Origin: an archaeon
GTDB lineage: Archaea; Iainarchaeota; Iainarchaeia; Iainarchaeales; CSSED10-239
Assembly: GCA_037147375.1 (NCBI GenBank)
Contig: JBAWVI010000027.1
Coordinates: 1-10,320 of the forward strand
Direction: 5' to 3'
Length of the DNA: 10,320 nt
Below, in pieces: positions 1-4,945 of the stretch. The translations under genes and the position numbers were made by a program. Every line of letters starts with the position of its first letter. Position 1 is the stretch's first letter. Under the pieces are notes generated by a model. It did not search any database and was not told the origin of the DNA. It worked only from the letters and a program-made list of their open reading frames with translations.

Positions 1-105
1 AAATAAGGGTTTTTAAACATTTTCCTTATATAATATATATAGTTTGAACTATTTTTTAAAACTAACAAAAACTAATAATTCATAAAATTTAGTGGAGGAA
101 TAAAT

Positions 106-459
106 ATGGCTAAATCAAAAAACGCAATGGAAAAGGTAGGTGCTTGGTCATTTATCATAGGTGTAATCCTTGCAATAATAGCTGGAATATTCTTTGGAGC
201 TAGTGCAGTTGTAACAAGTATTTTAATAATTCTTGGTATAATTGTTGGTTTCTTAAATATTACAGATAGAGAAACAAGCGCATACTTACTTGCATCAGTT
301 TCACTTGTAATTGTTACATCACTTGGTGGAGCAGTTCTTGGTAATGTTGCAGTAGTTGGAATGTACTTAGAAAGCATATTAGGTGCAATATTAACATTTG
401 TTATCCCAGCAGTTATTATTGTTGCTTTAAAGGCAATCTATTCAATTGCAAATAATTAA
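106..459 (+). CDS. Small integral membrane protein with about four predicted TM helices, function unknown
   Basis: A GGAGG Shine-Dalgarno at 94-98 lies 7 nt before the ATG at 106. The 117-aa product is almost entirely four hydrophobic stretches (VGAWSFIIGVILAIIAGIFFG, AVVTSILIILGIIVGFLNI, AYLLASVSLVIVTSLGGAVLG, ILGAILTFVIPAVIIVALKAIY). A hairpin plus T-tract follows the stop. The antisense ORF 72..377 looks like a frame artefact. Confidence 0.7.
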   Translation: MAKSKNAMEKVGAWSFIIGVILAIIAGIFFGASAVVTSILIILGIIVGFLNITDRETSAYLLASVSLVIVTSLGGAVLGNVAVVGMYLESILGAILTFVIPAVIIVALKAIYSIANN

Positions 460-503
460 AGGAATTTAATTTCCTTTAGTTTTTTTCTTTTTTTTTTATT
501 TTA
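458..503 (+). terminator. Hairpin plus oligo-T tract, putative archaeal terminator
   Basis: AAAGGAA (458-464) pairs with TTCCTTT (471-477), a 7-bp stem overlapping the stop codon. It is followed immediately by long T runs (about 480-503). Confidence 0.4.
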
Positions 504-600
504 ATTTTTAGTTTACTTTTCAAAGTAATTATATTTATAAATCCTATATCTTACTATATTAGTACAAGCTAATAGAAACAATTAAGAGAGTGATAGATTT

Positions 601-900
601 ATGAATGCCCCAATGTATAGAACTCTTCAAAAGAAAGATTTTCCAAGAGAAGAACCTTTCTCAATGTCTAGAGTTTATTTAAATATTAGAACTTTACAAA
701 AACTAATAGAAACTAATCTTTCATCATTAAGTAAGGACAAGCTAAAGCAATTAAGAGAAGATATTCTTCATCTTGATAAATCAATAGATAAAGATCTTGT
801 TGATCACCAAGTTCCAGATCACGTAATGGATGCTTATGATGATGCTTCACAAAAAGTAATTCCAAAATTACAAGAAATAGATAAATGGATACTTAAATAA
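601..900 (+). CDS. Hypothetical protein, 99 aa, charged and predicted helical
   Basis: Open frame with a weak purine-rich SD-like GAGAGTGA about 9 nt upstream. I recognise no motif. The coding call rests on ORF length, fit to the intergenic layout and absence of a competing ORF. Confidence 0.5.
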   Translation: MNAPMYRTLQKKDFPREEPFSMSRVYLNIRTLQKLIETNLSSLSKDKLKQLREDILHLDKSIDKDLVDHQVPDHVMDAYDDASQKVIPKLQEIDKWILK

Positions 901-917
901 GTATAATCTATTATCTT

Positions 918-1202
918 TCATTTCTTTTTTTTCTTTATAACTTTTGCTTTTTCTCTTGTTTTTGCTTTTTCTGCAATTTTCTTTTTGTAAACCGGAACTC
1001 TTTTTCCAATAGGCTTATTTAATTCATTAATTATTGAATCTACATCTATTCCATACCATCCACCTATCTGTTCAAGTGTTAATGTATTCATTTCCATTTT
1101 TGCCATAGGGCATGTTACGCAAGGAACATTATATTTAGATAAAACCTTTTCAGATCCTGAAATTTTTAAAACTTCACCATACTTTGATTTTTTTGTAATC
1201 AT
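918..1202 (-). CDS. DUF1858 / ScdA_N-like redox-disulfide (CxxC) domain protein with a Lys-rich C-terminal tail
   Basis: Strong AGGAGG SD on the minus strand (complement of about 1210-1215), about 7 nt before the ATG. The product is colinear with the DUF1858 pattern I remember: MITK..GEVL....VL.KY..PCVTCPMA...TLEQ...YGID.D.II.ELNK, with CxxC at Cys28/Cys31. The last ~25 residues are Lys-rich (KKKIAEKAKTREKAKVIKKKKK). Confidence 0.7.
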   Translation of the reverse strand: MITKKSKYGEVLKISGSEKVLSKYNVPCVTCPMAKMEMNTLTLEQIGGWYGIDVDSIINELNKPIGKRVPVYKKKIAEKAKTREKAKVIKKKKK

Positions 1203-1217
1203 ATTTCTTTCCTCCTT

Positions 1218-1679
1218 TTATTTATTACAACATCTATAGCATGCTTCTTTCTTAATAATTTTTATTTTCTTTCCCTTACTATTCTTTTTAGATAGATAGT
1301 CTTTAATAGCTTCGTGCAAAGTGTCTGCAGCCATGTTTGAGCAATGCATCTTGATTAATGGGAGCCCTTTCAGGCTTTCAGCAACATCTTTGTTTGTTAT
1401 CTTCATTGCCTTTTCAAGTGTTTTTCCTTTTGCAAGATCTGTTATCATTGAAGATGTAGAAATTGCAGCAGCACACCCCATTGTTTGAAATTTAATATCT
1501 TTAATTATTTCTTCTCCCTTCTTGTTCTTTGTAACTGAGATATATAACCAGAAAACATCTCCACATTGTGGATTTCCAAGTTTTCCAACTCCGTCAGCAT
1601 TCTTTATTTCACCCATATTGTGTGGGTTTAAGAAATGTTTTTTAACTTCATCTGTGTATGTTGTATTTTTTGTATCCAT
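1218..1679 (-). CDS. nifU: IscU/NifU-type Fe-S cluster assembly scaffold with a C-terminal Lys/Cys-rich extension
   Basis: All three scaffold cysteines sit in canonical contexts: GNPQCGD (Cys39, Asp41), QTMGCAAAI (Cys69) and LPLIKMHCSNMAADTLHEAIKDY (Cys113; canonical is LPPVKIHCS). There is an extra tail, KKNSKGKKIKIIKKEACYRCCNK. The start lies 13 nt downstream of the nifS stop. Confidence 0.9.
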   Translation of the reverse strand: MDTKNTTYTDEVKKHFLNPHNMGEIKNADGVGKLGNPQCGDVFWLYISVTKNKKGEEIIKDIKFQTMGCAAAISTSSMITDLAKGKTLEKAMKITNKDVAESLKGLPLIKMHCSNMAADTLHEAIKDYLSKKNSKGKKIKIIKKEACYRCCNK

Positions 1680-1692
1680 AATATCATCTCTT

Positions 1693-2853
1693 TTATCTTC
1701 TATTCTTCTTTGCTAAGGGAGACATTCTTGTTAGCTTCTCAACTATTGGTTTTATTTCTGAAAGAACATACTTAATATCTTCTTCAGTTGTTTCTATTCC
1801 TATTGTTATTCTTAAGGCCCCATTTGCAATCTCAGGATCAACCCCAATTGCTTTAATTACATGATTCTGTGATAGATTATGAGAAGAACAAGCAGATCCT
1901 GTTGAAACATAAATTCCTTTGAAATCAAGATGAAGAAGAACTGATTCTCCTTCAATATATTTGAAAAGAACATTTACATTATTACATAATCTTTGGTTTC
2001 CAGTAGGTCCATTTAATGATGAGTTTGGTATTTTTAAAAGTTCATCAATTAATATATCTCTTAGTTTTTCCATTCTTTTAATATCTTTTTCTTTAATTAC
2101 GTTTATTGCTTCTGAAAAACCAATAATCCCTGGAACATTAAGTGTTCCACTTCTTAAATTGTTTTCATGCCCTCCTCCATGAAGAAGAGGAGTTATTTCT
2201 ATTCCTTTCTTGACAAGTAATGCTCCTACTCCTTTAGGTCCATAAATCTTGTGTGCATTAATTGTAATTAAATCAATATTATCTCTTTCTAAATCAATTA
2301 GAATTTTAGTAAATGATTGACAAGCATCTGTGTGAAAGATAGTTCCTTCTTCACGGCAAACCTTTCCAATCTCTCTTATGTTTTGAATAGTTCCTATTTC
2401 ATTATTTGCGTGAATTATTGAAACTAGAATTGTATCTTTTCTAATTTTTTTCTTTAAATCATTAATATCAATAAATCCTTCTTTATTTACTTTAAGATAA
2501 GTTATTTCATACCCTTGTTCTTGTAACCATTTTGCGGATTCAAGAATACAATCATGTTCAATCTTAGTTGTAATTATGTGTTTTCCTTTATCTTTGTTAG
2601 CCCACGCAATTCCTTTAAGTGCAAGATTATTACTTTCTGTTCCACCAGATGTAAAAATTAGATTATATTTACTTGCATTTAGCTTTAATTTTATTTTTTC
2701 TCTTGCAACTTCAACATCCTCGTGAACACTTGTTCCAAAAGAATGCATGCTTGATTCATTACCATATTTTTCTGAAAAATATGGTTTCATTTTCTCAAGA
2801 ACCTCTTTTGATAGAGGAGTGGTTGCTGCATAGTCTAGATATATTTGTTTCAT
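1693..2853 (-). CDS. nifS: Cysteine desulfurase, class I NifS/IscS type (PLP-dependent)
   Basis: Motifs present: YLDYAATTP start, FTSGGTESNN, HANNEIGTIQ, PLP-lysine motif INAHKIYGPKGVGAL (Lys202), RSGTLNVPGI, and active-site loop STGSACSS (Cys322), which is typical of group I rather than SufS-type enzymes. Confidence 0.93.
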   Translation of the reverse strand: MKQIYLDYAATTPLSKEVLEKMKPYFSEKYGNESSMHSFGTSVHEDVEVAREKIKLKLNASKYNLIFTSGGTESNNLALKGIAWANKDKGKHIITTKIEHDCILESAKWLQEQGYEITYLKVNKEGFIDINDLKKKIRKDTILVSIIHANNEIGTIQNIREIGKVCREEGTIFHTDACQSFTKILIDLERDNIDLITINAHKIYGPKGVGALLVKKGIEITPLLHGGGHENNLRSGTLNVPGIIGFSEAINVIKEKDIKRMEKLRDILIDELLKIPNSSLNGPTGNQRLCNNVNVLFKYIEGESVLLHLDFKGIYVSTGSACSSHNLSQNHVIKAIGVDPEIANGALRITIGIETTEEDIKYVLSEIKPIVEKLTRMSPLAKKNRR

Positions 2854-2866
2854 AATTTATCAAATT

Positions 2867-3169
2867 TTAATTTTTACAAGCTTTACATTTGCCTTTACAA
2901 AAATCTGCTTGATGCTCGTTTAATATTTTAAGTATTGGTTTAATTGTTTTCTTATTTAATGAATAAATCATTTGTTTTCCACTTCTTTTAGAAAAAACTA
3001 CGTTACAATCTGAAAGAACCTTAAGTGAATGACTTACTTTTGATTGTTCAATCTTTGTTTCTTGAGAGATATCATTAACACACATATTCTTCAAGTTAAG
3101 TGCATTAATTATTTCCCATCTTGTCTTGTTTGAAATTACGTTAAAAAAAGTATATGAATTGCAGTTCAT
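2867..3169 (-). CDS. ArsR/SmtB-family winged-HTH transcriptional regulator with a C-terminal CX4CX2C motif
   Basis: FFNVISNKTRWEIINALNLKNMCVNDISQETKIEQSKVSHSLKVLSDCNVVFSKRSGKQMIYSLN matches the ArsR pattern (..L.D.TR..IL..L....CV.DL......SQS.VSHHLK.L..AGLV...R.G....Y.L). The C-terminus is DFCKGKCKACKN. The stop lies 13 nt upstream of the nifS start. Confidence 0.8.
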   Translation of the reverse strand: MNCNSYTFFNVISNKTRWEIINALNLKNMCVNDISQETKIEQSKVSHSLKVLSDCNVVFSKRSGKQMIYSLNKKTIKPILKILNEHQADFCKGKCKACKN

Positions 3170-3203
3170 ATGTATATATAGACATATATATATTTAAACT
3201 TAT
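3170..3203 (-). promoter_or_regulatory. Putative TATA-box promoter giving a leaderless or near-leaderless transcript, plus possible operator for the arsR-nifS-nifU-DUF1858 operon
   Basis: The minus strand reads AGTTTAAATATATATATGTCTATATATACAT-ATG. A TTTAAATA box (plus coordinates 3191-3198) is centred about 25 nt upstream of the ATG, and there is no SD. The (TA)n-GAC-(AT)n stretch is self-complementary. Confidence 0.3.
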
Positions 3204-4397
3204 TTATGTGCTTGGTTTTTTAAAAATTAGTGCTTTTGCTTTTTCTATATCTCCCTTTTCAAGAAGTTCATAGATTGTTTGATAATCAAAATCAGGAGAT
3301 ACCTTTGTTTGCTTGATTTGTTCAATAAATATTTCTTTTGTAATTTCTTCGATGTTTCCTCTATTCTTTTCAAGCTCTTTAAGTTTATCTATGCTTTCCT
3401 TTAAGCTTTTTTCTTCAATATTATTTGCAAAAGAAAGATAAAAGTTAGGATAAATTATTTCAAACTTTTTTAAGTCTATGTCTTTTGAAAAGAAACCACT
3501 TTCCAGATCTCCTTTAATTCTAATCCTAACAAAAGGATCTTTCTTATGCTCTTTTAGCTTTATTTTTTCAAGTTCCTCATTAACCTTTGCTTCAATATCT
3601 TTTGGATTTGATTTTTTAAAAGAAAGATCAATATAAATAACTGGTCTTGTTTCTTTAAGCTCAATAAATTTAAGTTCTTTGCTTGTAGTGTCAAGGATGT
3701 AAAAACCTTTTGGAGTATCTGATTCAATTTTTTTATTTTGAGTAGCAATTGTTGAACCTGGCATAATAAAGGCTCCACCTTGCTCAAGCTTTTCAAAAGC
3801 TTTCCAATGAAGATGACCATTTACAATTAAATCAAATCCACCAGGAAGATTTCCAAGAGTTAATATACTTTCATCATCAAAAGGAAGATATTCTCTAAAT
3901 GATTGATGAATAAGAAGAATATTATAATTATTTGGGATTGGTGTTGGATTCCATTTCTTTAAAACATCAAGTGCATACTTATCTGGTATTCCAGATAAAC
4001 CAAATACACTAACATTGTTTATTGTAATTGAATCTCCGTGAAGATATTTAATAAAGCCCATAATTTCAAGAAGTTCAATTGTACTTTTGTATCCTTTCCC
4101 TCTATATTCGTGATTTCCTGGAATACCAATCATTGGTATCTTCAAGATTTGTTCATCTGTTTTAAGATTAAGCTTATTTTCAATAATAACTTTATTAAAT
4201 AAATTAATTGCTTCATAGAAAACTTCAGGTACTGGGGTTTGTTTATCAAATAAATCACCTGACACAAGAACAAGATCAACTTTTTCTTCTTTCATGATTG
4301 AAAATGCTTCTGAGAGATGAGTAAATGAATCCATCTCAAGCTTAGGATCTCCCCAGAGATATCCAAGATGCCAATCAGAGGTTATTGCAATTTTCAT
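3204..4397 (-). CDS. mre11: Mre11/SbcD-family DNA repair nuclease (calcineurin-like metallophosphoesterase)
   Basis: Phosphoesterase motifs appear in order: I ITSDWHLG, II VSGDLFD, III GIPGNHE, IV LLIHQS, V VNGHLH. The ~150-aa charged helical C-terminal region is compatible with the Mre11 capping/Rad50-binding region. Size (397 aa) is typical of archaeal Mre11. Confidence 0.8.
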   Translation of the reverse strand: MKIAITSDWHLGYLWGDPKLEMDSFTHLSEAFSIMKEEKVDLVLVSGDLFDKQTPVPEVFYEAINLFNKVIIENKLNLKTDEQILKIPMIGIPGNHEYRGKGYKSTIELLEIMGFIKYLHGDSITINNVSVFGLSGIPDKYALDVLKKWNPTPIPNNYNILLIHQSFREYLPFDDESILTLGNLPGGFDLIVNGHLHWKAFEKLEQGGAFIMPGSTIATQNKKIESDTPKGFYILDTTSKELKFIELKETRPVIYIDLSFKKSNPKDIEAKVNEELEKIKLKEHKKDPFVRIRIKGDLESGFFSKDIDLKKFEIIYPNFYLSFANNIEEKSLKESIDKLKELEKNRGNIEEITKEIFIEQIKQTKVSPDFDYQTIYELLEKGDIEKAKALIFKKPST

Positions 4398-4482
4398 AAG
4401 TACACAACTTTTAGTTTAGAAGGTAATAAATATAAATACGTCTATCATTAAATATATAGTAGTAACTAAATATAAGAGTTAT
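4398..4482. promoter_or_regulatory. Divergent promoter region for mre11 (-) and tRNA-Cys (+)
   Basis: On the plus strand, TTAAATATAT (4448-4457) is centred about 30 nt upstream of tRNA position 1. On the minus strand, TTTATATT (4429-4436) is centred about 35 nt upstream of the mre11 ATG. Confidence 0.35.
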
Positions 4483-4553
4483 GCCTCGGTGGCAGATAGG
4501 CTATGCATCCGCCTGCAGAGCGGAAGAGTGGGGTTCGATTCCCTACCGAGGCT
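4483..4553 (+). tRNA. tRNA-Cys (anticodon GCA), no intron, no encoded CCA
   Basis: Hand-folded cloverleaf of 71 nt. Acceptor GCCUCGG/CCGAGGC. D arm GCAG-AUAGGCU-AUGC. Anticodon stem UCCGC/GCGGA with loop CU-GCA-GA. 4-nt variable loop. T arm UGGGG-UUCGAUU-CCCUA. Discriminator U73 is the known CysRS identity element. The segment is a sharp GC-rich island in AT-rich DNA. Confidence 0.9.
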
Positions 4554-4588
4554 TTAATATCTAAAGATTTTACTAATTTGATAACCTT

Positions 4589-4942
4589 ATGAGAAATTCA
4601 AAAATTAAGAGAAAAGTAACTAATTCTGTTAAAAGAAAAAAGGATTCTATTAGAGTAGTAAATTCAAATAAAAGTATAAAATTTAAAGGTTTAACTGATC
4701 TTGAAATCAAAAAAAGCACAACAATCTTTAAAGCAAATGAACATTTAATTAATTCTTATTTTAAAGGTGTAACAAAAGAATTACCAAAAGAAATTGCACA
4801 AGCAGGTGTTATTCATTTTTTATTTAAATTGTATACAATAAAAAATCCACTAAGGCACCACACAGTTTCTAATGATGCTGAATTAAAAGAAGCAATCAAG
4901 CAGTATACTGAAAATATAAGAGCTTTAGAAAAAGAACTTTAA
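4589..4942 (+). CDS. Hypothetical basic protein, 117 aa
   Basis: Open frame starting 35 nt after the tRNA. The N-terminal third is very Lys/Arg-rich (MRNSKIKRKVTNSVKRKKDSIR) and the C-terminal part is predicted helical. I recognise no motif. The stop is 3 nt from the stop of the convergent PpsA-like gene. Confidence 0.5.
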   Translation: MRNSKIKRKVTNSVKRKKDSIRVVNSNKSIKFKGLTDLEIKKSTTIFKANEHLINSYFKGVTKELPKEIAQAGVIHFLFKLYTIKNPLRHHTVSNDAELKEAIKQYTENIRALEKEL

Positions 4943-4945
4943 GAT

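Noticed and set aside
72-377. Antisense or alternate-frame ORFs in the track: 72..377(-), 1522..1716(+), 1961..2182(+), 2673..2855(+), 3560..3820(-), 5012..5218(+), 5184..5378(+), 5699..5887(+), 8548..8739(-), 9756..10115(+)
   Set aside because: Each lies inside or opposite a longer ORF that has clear family motifs. Their products are low-complexity Phe/Leu/Ile/Ser/Cys-rich strings typical of the reverse strand of Lys/Glu-rich AT-biased genes. None has a convincing SD or promoter.
1693-4553. Functional link between tRNA-Cys(GCA) and the nearby cysteine desulfurase operon
   Set aside because: The tRNA is on the opposite strand and separated from the operon by mre11. Proximity of two 'cysteine' items is most simply coincidence, and nothing in the sequence supports co-regulation.
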